Shown here piece by piece: positions 27,615 to 38,218 of a DNA stretch of 64,000 nucleotides. The position numbers and the translations under genes are program-made. Each line of letters opens with the position of its first letter. Positions within the stretch are counted from its first letter, which is position 1. The stretch covers positions 32,628 to 96,627 of the forward strand of contig CBDDJE010000005.1 of the NCBI GenBank assembly GCA_965229435.1. The letters run 5' to 3'. This DNA is from Longimicrobiales bacterium (lineage in GTDB: Bacteria; Gemmatimonadota; Gemmatimonadetes; Longimicrobiales; Gaopeijiaceae). The notes under the pieces are model-generated. The model was not told where the DNA came from. It saw nothing but the letters and a program-made list of their open reading frames with translations, and made no database searches.

Positions 27615-29216
27615 TCAGAAGATCGGTGACCGGATGTAGGTATCCGACCGGGCCCAAGCCTCCTTGAATTCGGCGTGGACTTCCATGGCTTCGGCGTCTT
27701 TGCCCTGTGCTCGCAGCGCTCGCTCGAGCCCGAAGAGAGACCACCCGTTGTGGGGGTGCTTCTCCAGCTCGTGCCGGAAGGCTTGTTCGGCCTCGGCGTA
27801 TCGACCGACCTCGTGGAGGGCATCGCCGAGCCACTGGTAGATGGAGAAGTTCAGCGGCTCGGGCTCGTCGTACCGGAGGCCGTCCTCGATCTCACCGCCC
27901 TCCCTGAGGATCTCGATGGCGCGGTCCACCTCCCCATTGGCTCGCAGGATCTCCGCTTCGAGAATGGCGCTGGTCACGCCCAGAAGTTGTGTCGCCCGGT
28001 GGCCCCGGAACTGATCGTCTGGATTGGCTTCCATCTCGGTGCGGACCCGGTGGAGATACCAGCGCGCCGTCCCCTCGTCCCCGCTACGCAGGTGGGCGTA
28101 CCCCTTGGCGAACTCCCATAGCCCCCGGAAGACCGTGCCGTCGGGCGGATCCTGAAGCTCGAGAATCTCGTCGAATCGCCCGAACCGGAACAACGTGAGG
28201 GCCTCGTAGAAGCCTCCGCCGCCCATGAGGTCGGCGTAGTCCTTCCCGGCCTGCACGGCGACGGCGCCCTGGCCGTCGTTGGAGGCCGCGAAGAGCAACA
28301 TGTGCAGGTTGTGTGAAGGGTAGATGGCGAAGCCTTCACCGTATTCGGCTTTGAGGTCCGAGTGCCACGCGTCGGTGTTCGCCCGAACCGCATCGCCCCA
28401 GCGGCCGATGCGGTTGTACGTGTGCGAAGGCATGTGCTGGATGTGACTCGCCCCGGGGATGGATTGCCCGAGGTGGTCGGCGCATGCCTCGGCCTTCCCC
28501 GGCTCCTGGGTGGGTTCGGTGGCGTGGATGTACAGGTGGCAGGTCCCGGGGTGGGTGATGTCCTGGGCCAGCACGGACTCGAGGACCCGGTGGATCTCCT
28601 GAACCTCCGGGTTGTTCACGTCCCAACGGCCTCTCCTGGGCTGGAGGAGCATGAGCGACTCCCCAGCGAGGAAGCCGGCTTCGAGGTCGTGGGGGTACTT
28701 CTCGTAGACCTCGTTGATGGTCTCGGCCCAAAGCTCATCGAGCTCACGGCGCCGGTCGGCATCGTGCTCCGGCTCGTACCGGACAGCCATGGCTTCGATG
28801 AGGGCCCGCTCGACGTCGGTCGTCCCATCGAGGTGCTGGAGGGCCTTCTGGATGGCGACGTGCGCTCGCGGGGCGTCCGCCGGCGTCATCGGCCCGTTGA
28901 GGTAGGGTCCCCACGCCCATGCCTCGCCGAAGTAGCACATCGCGCAGTCCGGATCGATCTTCCACGCTTCGCGGAAGGACCTGGCCGCTTCGCCTGGGGC
29001 GAAGGCGTACATGAGCTGGACTCCCTGGTCGAAGTACAGCTGAGCCTGCCGCGAGTCGGTGGATACCGTCCGGCTGAATGGACCGAGACCCCTGCCGTCA
29101 TGATGCAGAGGCATGGGGTCGTCGAACTGCGGCGGGAGGTCGAGGGCGTCCTGGCCTGCTGCAGGCATGGCCAGGGCCAGCGACATACAGGAGCATAGGA
29201 GGAGAGAGCGATGCAT
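27615..29216 (-). CDS. Secreted TPR-repeat protein.
   Basis: Signal peptide MHRSLLLCSCMSLALAMPAAGQD. Multiple TPR-like helical repeats (W..G.A...G.Y.EA...F..AL..P) run throughout. The 5' extension of the ORF looks non-coding. Confidence 0.65.
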   Translation of the reverse strand: MHRSLLLCSCMSLALAMPAAGQDALDLPPQFDDPMPLHHDGRGLGPFSRTVSTDSRQAQLYFDQGVQLMYAFAPGEAARSFREAWKIDPDCAMCYFGEAWAWGPYLNGPMTPADAPRAHVAIQKALQHLDGTTDVERALIEAMAVRYEPEHDADRRRELDELWAETINEVYEKYPHDLEAGFLAGESLMLLQPRRGRWDVNNPEVQEIHRVLESVLAQDITHPGTCHLYIHATEPTQEPGKAEACADHLGQSIPGASHIQHMPSHTYNRIGRWGDAVRANTDAWHSDLKAEYGEGFAIYPSHNLHMLLFAASNDGQGAVAVQAGKDYADLMGGGGFYEALTLFRFGRFDEILELQDPPDGTVFRGLWEFAKGYAHLRSGDEGTARWYLHRVRTEMEANPDDQFRGHRATQLLGVTSAILEAEILRANGEVDRAIEILREGGEIEDGLRYDEPEPLNFSIYQWLGDALHEVGRYAEAEQAFRHELEKHPHNGWSLFGLERALRAQGKDAEAMEVHAEFKEAWARSDTYIRSPIF

Positions 29217-29398
29217 GCGCGGAGTCCTTCCTGGGATGGCGATTACCGGGGATGAGGTCCCGAGCCCAATCTGGACGGCAAGCCGTCCCTCGTCCAGCGA
29301 CCGCCCGGCCGGAGATCCCACCTGGCCGCCCACCCCTGGTTTGAATCGCCGCCGCATCGCAGGTTGGGCGTCGTCGTTACTCTGCCCGGAGGAAAGCG

Positions 29399-30649
29399 TT
29401 GGACTCGTCTTCTAAGCTGTCCCGCCGCGCGTGGATCACCACGGCTTCGGGGGTCGTGGCCGCGGGGCTGATCCGCACCCAGACCGATGCCATCCGACTG
29501 GACGCCCAGGAGACTCCGCCTCCTGACCCGACGAAGGTGCCGGGGCGCCTGGTCTCGACCGTGGGCCAGCGGGCGCCGGCAGAACGCCCCGAACGGCTCC
29601 TACGCGCTCAGGCCCTCTCGTCCTCGTCTCGGACTCCCCTCCACGAGCTCATGGGGACGATCACCCCCGCCGATCTCCACTTCGAAAGGCACCACGCCGG
29701 CATCCCCGACGTCCGGCTCGAGAACCATGAGCTTCTCGTCCACGGGATGGTCGACCGGCCCATGGTCTTCACCATGGCCGATCTCATGCGGTTTCCCCGG
29801 GTGTCCCGGATCCGATTCCTGGAATGCTCCGGCAACGGAGGGGGCATCTACAGCCGGGATCGGATGCCGACGGACGTTACGGTACAGGCCATCGACGGAC
29901 TCCTGAGTACCAGTGAGTGGACCGGGGTCCCGCTGTCCACGATTCTCCGGGAAGTGGGCGTCCGGGACGGCGCCAGTTGGATTCTCGCCGAGGGTAGCGA
30001 CTCCGCCGTGATGTCCCGGAGCGTGCCTCTCGGCCTCCTCGACGAGGCTCTTCTGGCCTACGGGCAGAACGGCGAGATGATCCGGCCGGAGCAGGGGTAC
30101 CCCCTCCGTCTGTTCATCCCGGGGCTCGAGGGCAATACGAACGTGAAGTGGCTTCGGCGCATCGAGGTCACGGACCAGCCGACCCATTCCCGGGACGAGA
30201 CGTCGCGCTACACCGACCCCCTCGGCGACGGGACGGCGAGGCAGTTCAGCCTGGTCATGGACGCGAAGTCGGTCATCACCTTCCCCTCCTACCCCTACGT
30301 CCTTCCTGAGGAGGGGTGGTGGGAGATTCGGGGACTGGCATGGTCCGGGAGGGGGCGCATCACACGAGTCGAGGTCAGCACCGACGGTGGGCGGAACTGG
30401 ACGCCCGCAGAGCTCCAGGGCCCGATCTTCTCCAAGTCGACGGTACGTTTCCGCCACCTCTTCGAGTGGAATGGCCGGGACACACTCATCCTGAGCCGCG
30501 CCACCGACGAGACGGGCTACGTCCAGCCCACGGTCCAGCAACTATGGGAGGCCCGGGGCCCCCAGACGTCGTACCACCAGAATCATCAGCGGGCGTGGAA
30601 GATCGCCCGAACCGGCGAGGTGACGTTCGGCCTGGGAGACTTGGTATGA
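29399..30649 (+). CDS. sorA: Sulfite dehydrogenase/sulfite oxidase-family molybdopterin subunit (SorA/SoxC-like), Tat-exported.
   Basis: Tat motif (SRRAWIT plus hydrophobic segment). The Moco-binding Cys block (FLECSGNGG) is followed by a C-terminal dimerisation, Ig-like domain. Confidence 0.8.
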   Translation: MDSSSKLSRRAWITTASGVVAAGLIRTQTDAIRLDAQETPPPDPTKVPGRLVSTVGQRAPAERPERLLRAQALSSSSRTPLHELMGTITPADLHFERHHAGIPDVRLENHELLVHGMVDRPMVFTMADLMRFPRVSRIRFLECSGNGGGIYSRDRMPTDVTVQAIDGLLSTSEWTGVPLSTILREVGVRDGASWILAEGSDSAVMSRSVPLGLLDEALLAYGQNGEMIRPEQGYPLRLFIPGLEGNTNVKWLRRIEVTDQPTHSRDETSRYTDPLGDGTARQFSLVMDAKSVITFPSYPYVLPEEGWWEIRGLAWSGRGRITRVEVSTDGGRNWTPAELQGPIFSKSTVRFRHLFEWNGRDTLILSRATDETGYVQPTVQQLWEARGPQTSYHQNHQRAWKIARTGEVTFGLGDLV

Positions 30650-31272
30650 GGGGGGCGATATCCCTCGGCGCGGCGACTGTTCTCGTCCTGGCGTCCTGTA
30701 GTTCGGGCGAACGGGCGCCTCCGTCGGCCTCTACCGCATCGGGAAGCGACGCGGCGGGCGTGGCCGGTACGGCCGGTGATCTGCCGGTGAACGCTCCGAA
30801 CCTCTTCGGTTTCGGGAACGAGGCGTCCGAGGCGCGCATCGCCATGTGGGACATCGACGTTCGACCGGACGGCACCGGCCTTCCGCCAGGGAGCGGCACG
30901 GTCGCCGAAGGGCGGGACGTGTACAACCTCCAGTGCGTCGCCTGTCACGGGCCCACCGGGACCGAGGGCCCCAACGACCGTCTGGTGGGCACGGAGCCGT
31001 GGGTGGACTACCCCTCCGGCCGGGCCATCGGCAACTACTGGCCCTACGCCACGACGCTCTATGACTACATCCGGAAGGCCATGCCCCAGCTCACGCCGGG
31101 GAGCCTGACGGAGAACGAGGTCTACGCGGTCATCGCGTATCTTCTCTACCTCAATGAGTTGGTTCCGGAAGACGCCGTCATGAACGCTGAGACGCTACCC
31201 CGGGTCGAGATGCCGGCCCGGGATCGTTTCGTTGTGGATGATCGAACCGGTGGAGGAGGACCGATTCGCTGA
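30646..31272 (+). CDS. sorB: Monohaem c-type cytochrome lipoprotein, the electron-acceptor partner of SorA (SorB-like).
   Basis: ATG overlaps the sorA stop (ATGA). Lipobox LVLASC. A single CVACH haem motif with downstream Met ligand candidates. Confidence 0.7.
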   Translation: MRGAISLGAATVLVLASCSSGERAPPSASTASGSDAAGVAGTAGDLPVNAPNLFGFGNEASEARIAMWDIDVRPDGTGLPPGSGTVAEGRDVYNLQCVACHGPTGTEGPNDRLVGTEPWVDYPSGRAIGNYWPYATTLYDYIRKAMPQLTPGSLTENEVYAVIAYLLYLNELVPEDAVMNAETLPRVEMPARDRFVVDDRTGGGGPIR

Positions 31273-31346
31273 GCCATCGACACGTCGATGGTCCCACCTT
31301 CCGGCGCCCGGCCCCACCGCATCGAGGGTGACGCGGGCGCCGCTGC

Positions 31347-32654
31347 CTACTCCCCCATTCGCGCCGGTGGCCCAACCCGCTCGGCAGGAGCCGTCGACAT
31401 GGCCCGTCGGTTGGCGGCCTTGAGGACCTCCTCGATGTCGAGTCCCAGGGCTGCGGCGATGCTCTCCACCGTCCCCAGGGCTCCCTTCACCCGCTGGTTC
31501 ACCGCCCCGGCCACCGCCTTGCCGTCCGAGCCGTCCATGACGACAACCCGGTCGATGTCAACGCCGCTCACCGCCTCGACGCTGATCTCCATGAGCTCGG
31601 GGAGCTTCTCGGCGAGGAAGACGGCCAGCGCCTGGTCCCCACCCTTGTTGATCTCTTCGTACAGGCGGCGAAGGACCTCGACCTGGGCCTTACCCCGCTC
31701 GAGGATGGGCGCGGCTTCTGCCTCGGCGTCCGCTTTCGCGGCTTCCCGGGCGGCATTGGCGGGCTCCACCACGTCGGCGCGCAGACGCTCCTGCTCGCGC
31801 AACACCCGCCGGGCCTCCAACTCCCGTTGGGCTTCGACTTCCGCCTCTTCTGCCCGGACCTTTGCGGTCCGCTCGGCGATCTCGGCTTCCTGGCCGAGTT
31901 GAGCCTCCCTGACCCGTAGCCTGTTGCGCGCCTCGGCGATCTCGATGTTCGCCTGCGATTCCATGACCTCGGCACGCTTCATCGCCGCGGCCTGGCGCTC
32001 CCGGGTGTCGGCCGTGGCGTCGGCTTCAGCGATCTCGGCGTCGCGGACGGCCTCCGCCGCCTTCTTCCGCCCGATGGCCTCGAGGTAGCCGCGCTCGTCG
32101 TGGACGTTCTGGATCTTGAGGACGTCGAGGTGGAAGCCGAGGGCGGCGAGGTCCTCGCCGGCGTCTTCGGCCAACGCCTTCGCGAAGCCCAGGCGGTCTT
32201 CGTTGACCTCCTCCGGAGTCAGCGTGGCCAGCACACCGCGGAGGTTGCCCATGAGGGTGTCCTTGGCCAGGAGGCGGATCTCCTCTTCGGTCTTGCCGAG
32301 CAAGCGCTCGACGGCGTTGTGGAAGACGGCCTCGGGTTCGGAGGCGATCTTCACGTTGGCGATGGCCTCGACCATCAGGGGGATATTTCCCTTGGAGAAC
32401 GCGTTGCTCACGCTGATCTCGATGGGAAAGGTCTCGAGATTCATGTGCTGCACGCGCTCGATGATGGGCACGCGGAGGGTTCGATTGCCCATCACCGACC
32501 GATAGCCGACCTGCTCTCCGTCGGTGAGGAGGCGCGTCCGTCCGGTGATGACGGCGGCGCGGTTCGGCGGCACGATGACGATGAGGGCGCGCACGGTGGC
32601 GACGGCCACCATGGCGGCCACGAAGACGACGAGTGCAATGACGGCCGGTGTCAT
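31347..32654 (-). CDS. Flotillin-like SPFH/band-7 protein (FloT/YuaG type).
   Basis: N-terminal TM helix, an SPFH domain, then a long Ala/Glu-rich coiled coil (AEAEA repeats) and a C-terminal flotillin-type tail. Confidence 0.75.
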   Translation of the reverse strand: MTPAVIALVVFVAAMVAVATVRALIVIVPPNRAAVITGRTRLLTDGEQVGYRSVMGNRTLRVPIIERVQHMNLETFPIEISVSNAFSKGNIPLMVEAIANVKIASEPEAVFHNAVERLLGKTEEEIRLLAKDTLMGNLRGVLATLTPEEVNEDRLGFAKALAEDAGEDLAALGFHLDVLKIQNVHDERGYLEAIGRKKAAEAVRDAEIAEADATADTRERQAAAMKRAEVMESQANIEIAEARNRLRVREAQLGQEAEIAERTAKVRAEEAEVEAQRELEARRVLREQERLRADVVEPANAAREAAKADAEAEAAPILERGKAQVEVLRRLYEEINKGGDQALAVFLAEKLPELMEISVEAVSGVDIDRVVVMDGSDGKAVAGAVNQRVKGALGTVESIAAALGLDIEEVLKAANRRAMSTAPAERVGPPARMGE

Positions 32655-32716
32655 GATGAACTCCAGCGTTATTCGATGATTTGGGGAGGGGCGTGCGAGC
32701 ACATCCCTCTTCTCGA

Positions 32717-33403
32717 CTACGGTCCGAGCTTCAGCTCTTCTTCAATGGGCGCCACTCTGGCTACGCCACGCTCCATCTCCATGACGACGACGTCACGCCA
32801 CTGCGTCGGGTCTCCTCCAGCGGACCCCCAGGGGAGCGCGCGGAGGGCAATGCGACGGCCGCCCCGCTCGACCATGACGGTTCCGACGCTGTCGTCACCG
32901 ACAGGCAGCGTGATCATTCCCTGCAGGCCGACGAAGCCCGAGTCGCTGTGACGGTTCGACGCGCTGCTGGCCCGTAGCCAGTTGAAGAGGACGGTGACCA
33001 TGCCGCCCGTGAGGACGCCTCCCACCAGCGCCGAAACCAGCGTTGCCACGAACCCCGAGCCACCCAGCCAGGTGACGGCGCTCCCCACCGCCCCGAATCC
33101 GAACAGGCCGTATATGAGCCCCCGGATGGAGAAGATCTTCGCCGCGGCGGTCCCGTGGGCCGTGCCCGCAGCGTCGGTCGCGTCCACGGCGTCAGCCGCA
33201 TCCAGCGCTTCCACCGCATCCGCGGCGTCGCCGGCGCCCAGCGCGAGGTCGGCATCGAAGTCACTGTCGACATCGACATCCGCTTCGAAGACGTCTCCGA
33301 GGACGGAGACGAGAAGAAAGGAGCCCCCGAGGACGAGGCTGAAGATGTAGACGGACAGCACGGGCCTCTCCCGGATCAGCGCTCCTGGCACGTCATTGGG
33401 CAC
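32717..33403 (-). CDS. NfeD-family membrane protein (flotillin-associated).
   Basis: It is immediately upstream of the flotillin gene. A membrane segment and acidic repeat region precede a C-terminal OB-fold-like beta domain (GTVMVERGGRRIALRAL). Confidence 0.6.
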   Translation of the reverse strand: MPNDVPGALIRERPVLSVYIFSLVLGGSFLLVSVLGDVFEADVDVDSDFDADLALGAGDAADAVEALDAADAVDATDAAGTAHGTAAAKIFSIRGLIYGLFGFGAVGSAVTWLGGSGFVATLVSALVGGVLTGGMVTVLFNWLRASSASNRHSDSGFVGLQGMITLPVGDDSVGTVMVERGGRRIALRALPWGSAGGDPTQWRDVVVMEMERGVARVAPIEEELKLGP

Positions 33404-33462
33404 GAAGCTGCCCGCCCCAAGTTAGGCGGCAGCCTCTGCGCCCGCACCTGGCCGGGACGCTG

Positions 33463-34665
33463 TTACTCCGTGCCCGAGGGCGGCACGATCTGCGCCAGGT
33501 CCTGTCCGAGCTGGTTCTGCATGTAGCCGAGGAGCGCCTGCGTGCGCTGCGCCTGGGTCACGCTACCGATGCGGAGGGCGTAGACAGCGTCGGGAATCGG
33601 CTCCGCCTCGGCGATGGCCGTGAGCGTCAGCCGATCGCCGGCGGTGAGGCGCTGGACCTGTCCAGCGGTCAGGGGCACGGTGGCCTCGATGGCCAGACCG
33701 GTACCCGCGTCACCAGCCCAGACGACCTCGGCCTGATCGGGCGACCCGAAGTGGAGGACGTAGCCGTCTTCCTCGTCCAGGGGCTGGGGCAAGGCCACCC
33801 TGAGTCCCAGGGCGGGAGTGAAGACGATGGTGGGGTGGTCGAGGGTGACGCCAAGGGCGGCGTTCGTGGCTTCGTAGGCGGTGAGCGTCTCCGCCGGGAG
33901 CTGGTCGCGGGACAAGATGATCGCCGTAAAGGCGACGGTGGCCACGACGTTGCCCACCCGGGTGAAGCCCACCGTACGTCCGCCTGTAAGCCCATTGGGG
34001 CCGGGGCGCACCGGAGCCGGCTGTGTCCAGGGGCGCACCTCCTGCATCTCCCACATGGCCGCCGCGTCGTCGACGAACTGGAAGCGGGAAGGCTCGGTCG
34101 AGGGAAGCCGTGCGTCGTCACAAATGGCGCCTTCCGCCGTCTCACACGCCTCCAGGACGGCCGGCCTCACGAAGATTGCGCCGTCGCACGGAGCTGCCTC
34201 GTTGATCACTGCCTCGTCCTCGCCGAGGACCCCGGACGCCTCGGCCTGCACCGCCTCGAGGGCGCGGGTTACCGTTCCTTTGATGTTCTCGCGGCCGGCG
34301 GACCTCTCCGCCAGGACCGAGGCGTCCTGCTGCGTCACGTATCGTCGGGCCAGGGCCCGGTCCGAATCGAACCACTCGGATACAGCCGCTTCCGTCGGGT
34401 TCGTGGTATCGAACGGCTCGGCCAGGGACCGATCCTCAAGGGCGATGGCCTGGGCGATGGTCTGCAGCCGCTCGATCTGGCGCGCGAACGGCTCCAATCG
34501 GGCATCCACCGCCTCCAGCCGCTCCAGGATCGCCACGCAGGCCCGCGACCGCTCACTCTCGATCTCGGCCAGGCGTGACGGGGAGCCCAGGCCCTGGGCC
34601 AGGGCGTCGGCCGATGCTCCGGTGAGGAGAAGGGCCGACAATAGAGTAGGGCGAAACAGGCGCAC
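33463..34665 (-). CDS. Secreted hypothetical protein (400 aa).
   Basis: Signal peptide MRLFRPTLLSALLLTGASADALAQ. Several Cys residues in pairs could form periplasmic disulfides. No family recognised. Confidence 0.5.
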   Translation of the reverse strand: MRLFRPTLLSALLLTGASADALAQGLGSPSRLAEIESERSRACVAILERLEAVDARLEPFARQIERLQTIAQAIALEDRSLAEPFDTTNPTEAAVSEWFDSDRALARRYVTQQDASVLAERSAGRENIKGTVTRALEAVQAEASGVLGEDEAVINEAAPCDGAIFVRPAVLEACETAEGAICDDARLPSTEPSRFQFVDDAAAMWEMQEVRPWTQPAPVRPGPNGLTGGRTVGFTRVGNVVATVAFTAIILSRDQLPAETLTAYEATNAALGVTLDHPTIVFTPALGLRVALPQPLDEEDGYVLHFGSPDQAEVVWAGDAGTGLAIEATVPLTAGQVQRLTAGDRLTLTAIAEAEPIPDAVYALRIGSVTQAQRTQALLGYMQNQLGQDLAQIVPPSGTE

Positions 34666-34740
34666 AGGGGCTCCGGGCTCGTCAACAGATGATGGGGGCG
34701 CCTGTGTTACGTCATCGACCTGCTCGATGTTTCCCGCGAT

Positions 34741-37700
34741 TCACGCTCCATCGCTGATGAGTGGGTTCAGCCCACGGTCGGCCAGGAGCCGATTGAATGC
34801 CGCCAGATCGTTCTCGAGCACGGCGGCCAACTCGCCGCGGGCATCCATGAGGGCATTGCGAAGAAGGGTCTGCACTTCCTGATGCTGGTCCGTGGGCCGG
34901 AAGTCCGCCGTCTCCACCCCGCCTGCGAGGTGGCGGAGCTTGCCCGCGATCTTTGCCGGGTAGCGGACGCCGTCCTGTCCCGTTCCCGTGGACCGGAGCT
35001 GGATGAGTTCTTCTTCGACCTCGATGAGGCGCTCTTCCAGGGCGCCGGCCTGCTCGATGAGGTCGTCGGCCCCGCCCTGACTCTCCAGGACGGCTTCGAG
35101 ATCACGAAGCTGCCGGCGCACCCACTCGATGCGGTTGATGGCATCGGCGGCGGCGTCGTAGTCGTTGCGGATCTCCTGCATGAGTCCGAACTGGGCCACG
35201 ATGTCCGCCCGGGTCCCTTCGGACGACGGATCCTGGAGGACCGTCAGAGGCGCGTCGAACTCCTCTCCACCCACGCGCAGGGTCACGGTGTAGTCGCCGG
35301 GCGGGTGCCGGAGGGCCATTCCGCCCTGCACGCGCACGCGCTCGGGTCCGTAGTCGACCCATGGGGCATACAGCGGGGGAACCCGGCGTCGAATGGGAGT
35401 GCTTTCCTCTCCGTTGAAATCCCAGAAGATGCGGTTGATGCCCGTTCGGCTCGTGCCCGCCAGCGTCCGGACCACAGCACCCCGATCATCGGCGATCTCC
35501 AGGGTCACGGGTGAGCCCGAGTTCAGGAACGCCGCGTTGGGCGGGTTCTCACCGTCGCTGTTGTCGATGGTCTGGGCCGCCGGAGCCGTTCGCTCATTGA
35601 AGCGGTAGGCGTCCCGGGGGTCGAAGAGGTGGGCGCTCGTCGCCTGGACTTCGGGGGTCAGTTGCCGGAGCGGTTCGAGGTCGTCGAGGATCCAGAATCC
35701 ACGACCGTACGTACCCACGACCAGGTCGCCGAAATGCTCCTGTACCACGATTCCGTAGACGGGTGAGGCCGGCAGGTTGTTGATGAGGGGCTGCCAGAGA
35801 TCACCGTCGTCGAAGCTCACGTAGAGCCGGTTCTCGGCTCCGAGGAAGAGCAGACCCGGCCGCTCGGGATCCTCTTGGATGCTGCGTGTGAAGCTGAGGA
35901 TGTGGTCTTCGATCCCCTCGGTGATCTTCGTCCAGCTCTCCCCGTAGTCGTCGGTCCGGTAGACATAGGGTTCGAAATCGCCGACCTGATGGGCCTCCAC
36001 GGCGAGGTAGGCCTTCCCCGGATCCCACCTCGATGCGTCGATCCCGCGGACGACGCCATCGGTAGGCCAGTCGGGGAAGTTGGCGGTCACGTCCTGCCAC
36101 GACTGACCGTCGTCTCGGCTGACGTGGACCCTTCCGTCATTGGAGCCAGCGTAGAAGACGCCCTGCTGGGCAGGCGACTCGTCGAAGGCGTAGATGACGC
36201 AGCAATACTCGACTCCGATGTTGTCCGGCGTCAGTCCGCCGCTGATCCCCTGACGGCTCTTGTCGTTGGTGGTGAGGTCGGGGCTGATGACCTCCCAGCT
36301 CTGGCCGCCGTTGCGCGTGCGGTGAACGTGCTGGCTGGTGACATAGATCGTGTTGTTGTCGTGGGGCGAGACCAGGAGGGGGAACGTCCACTGGAAGCGG
36401 TACCGGAGTTCCTCCGCCGGCCAGCCGCCCGTGCTCTCCGGCCACACCTCGACGTTGCGGAACTGGCGGGTGCGTTCGTCGTGTCGAACGACGATCCCTC
36501 CCCGGGCTCCACTCCCCGAGGCTGAAGACCAGACGATGTTGGGGTCCGTGGGGTCGGGCGTCGCGAATCCGCTCTCACCGCCGCCGACGGCGTGCCAGTC
36601 CCCGCGGGGGATGAAGCTGCCACCGAATCCCCCGTACACCGTGTTGCTCGGCCCCCGGTACGACGGGCCGTCCTGGCGGTTCCCCAGCACGTTGTACGGA
36701 ACCGCATTGTCCGCCGTCACATGGTACATCTGTGCGATAGGAAGCTCGACCCGGAGGTAGCTTTCGCCCCGATTCTCCGAGATATGTACGCCCTGGTCGT
36801 TTCCGATGATGAGGCGGTCACCGTCGTCAGGGTCGATCCACATGTCGTGGTAGTCGCCGCCAGGACGCTGCATCCCCTGGTGGTTGATGTACGTGAGGCC
36901 GCCGTCGTACGAACGGGAAAGGGCGGCGGTGAGAAAGAAGACCTCGTTGGCGTCGTCGGGAAGCACCCGGCAGTTGTTGTAGTAGGCCGTCCTCCCACCG
37001 AGGTCGCGGCTGTGGTTGACCAGCTCCCACGTCCGGCCGGCATCGCTGGACCGCCAGAACTCGCCTGACTCGGTCTCCTGACCATGCCACGGCACCCCGT
37101 CGCCGGTCTCGATCAGGGCGTACACGCGGTCGGAGTCCGCCTTGGACATGCAGACGTCGATCTTGCCCACGGGCAGCGCCGGTAGCCCGTTGCCCTCGAG
37201 CTTGGTCCACGTCGTGCCGGCGTCGTCGGAGCGGAAGATGCCTGAGCCGGGGCCTCCGCTCTCCCTGCCCCAGGTGTTCACCTCCACCGTCCACATCCCG
37301 GCGAAGAGGATCCGCGGATTGTTGGGATCCACTATGACCGTGGACGCACCGGTATCCTCGTCCACGAACAGGACGTGCTCCCACGTCTCCCCGCCATCCA
37401 TCGTCCGGTAGATGCCGCGCTCCGTCTGGGGCGCGTGAGCATGCCCCAGAGCCGCGACGTAGACGATGTCCGGGTTGGACGGGTGGATGACGATCCGCGA
37501 GATCCGGCCGGTCGCGTCGAGCCCCATGTGTTGCCAGTTGTCGCCACCGTCCGTGGACTTGTAGACGCCGTCGCCGACGGTGACGTTGGAGCGGATGTGG
37601 GGCTCCCCGGTGCCGGCCCACACCACCTGGGGGTCGGAGGGGGCCACACGCAGGGCCCCGACCGAATGGACATCCTGGTCGTCGAAGACCGCCTGCCAGG

Positions 37701-38046
37701 TGATGCCTCCGTCCTCTGTCTTCCACAAGCCGCCCGACGCGGCGCCGGCGTAGTAGGTGAGAGGATCGCCCACGACGCCGGAGACCGACGCCACCCGGTT
37801 GCCTACTGGACCGATGTGCCGGAACCGGAGGGCCTCCAACTGCTCGGCTGGGACCTGGGCGGCGAGGCCCGCGGAGGCTGGGCCGAGATCCAGGATGTCC
37901 GGCGTCGAGAGGTGGACCACAGGCGCGAGCAGGGTCCCCACCAGCGCGAATGCGACACCGCATCCGGAGTGGGAGGGCGACCCTGTCGTGGCGACTGCGG
38001 CCAGAGGGGCGGGGGCGGAGGCTCGGCGCAGGGGGGACGCGAACAT
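34741..38046 (-). CDS. Large BNR/Asp-box repeat protein (sortilin/VPS10- and GH74-like tandem beta-propellers), secreted.
   Basis: About a dozen S-x-D-x-G-x-T-W/F Asp-box motifs (STDGGDNW, TMDGGETW, SDDAGTTW, SSDAGRTW, SYDGGLTY, TRNGGQSW, SRDDGQSW, TDDYGESW, SFDDGDLW). The C-terminus has a coiled-coil-like tail. Confidence 0.75.
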   Translation of the reverse strand: MFASPLRRASAPAPLAAVATTGSPSHSGCGVAFALVGTLLAPVVHLSTPDILDLGPASAGLAAQVPAEQLEALRFRHIGPVGNRVASVSGVVGDPLTYYAGAASGGLWKTEDGGITWQAVFDDQDVHSVGALRVAPSDPQVVWAGTGEPHIRSNVTVGDGVYKSTDGGDNWQHMGLDATGRISRIVIHPSNPDIVYVAALGHAHAPQTERGIYRTMDGGETWEHVLFVDEDTGASTVIVDPNNPRILFAGMWTVEVNTWGRESGGPGSGIFRSDDAGTTWTKLEGNGLPALPVGKIDVCMSKADSDRVYALIETGDGVPWHGQETESGEFWRSSDAGRTWELVNHSRDLGGRTAYYNNCRVLPDDANEVFFLTAALSRSYDGGLTYINHQGMQRPGGDYHDMWIDPDDGDRLIIGNDQGVHISENRGESYLRVELPIAQMYHVTADNAVPYNVLGNRQDGPSYRGPSNTVYGGFGGSFIPRGDWHAVGGGESGFATPDPTDPNIVWSSASGSGARGGIVVRHDERTRQFRNVEVWPESTGGWPAEELRYRFQWTFPLLVSPHDNNTIYVTSQHVHRTRNGGQSWEVISPDLTTNDKSRQGISGGLTPDNIGVEYCCVIYAFDESPAQQGVFYAGSNDGRVHVSRDDGQSWQDVTANFPDWPTDGVVRGIDASRWDPGKAYLAVEAHQVGDFEPYVYRTDDYGESWTKITEGIEDHILSFTRSIQEDPERPGLLFLGAENRLYVSFDDGDLWQPLINNLPASPVYGIVVQEHFGDLVVGTYGRGFWILDDLEPLRQLTPEVQATSAHLFDPRDAYRFNERTAPAAQTIDNSDGENPPNAAFLNSGSPVTLEIADDRGAVVRTLAGTSRTGINRIFWDFNGEESTPIRRRVPPLYAPWVDYGPERVRVQGGMALRHPPGDYTVTLRVGGEEFDAPLTVLQDPSSEGTRADIVAQFGLMQEIRNDYDAAADAINRIEWVRRQLRDLEAVLESQGGADDLIEQAGALEERLIEVEEELIQLRSTGTGQDGVRYPAKIAGKLRHLAGGVETADFRPTDQHQEVQTLLRNALMDARGELAAVLENDLAAFNRLLADRGLNPLISDGA

Positions 38047-38218
38047 CGTGACTCCTACCTTTTCTCGGTTCTCGACTCCCCGGGGGAAGGGAGGCTTGAA
38101 TTCACAAAAGGCGCATCGGGGAGGGCGTCGGCAAGCCGCTGCCTCGATACGCGCAACCTTTTGCCTTCGATTCTCGTCTGAGGTATTGAAGACGGGATCT
38201 CGAACAGGGGAAGGAACG

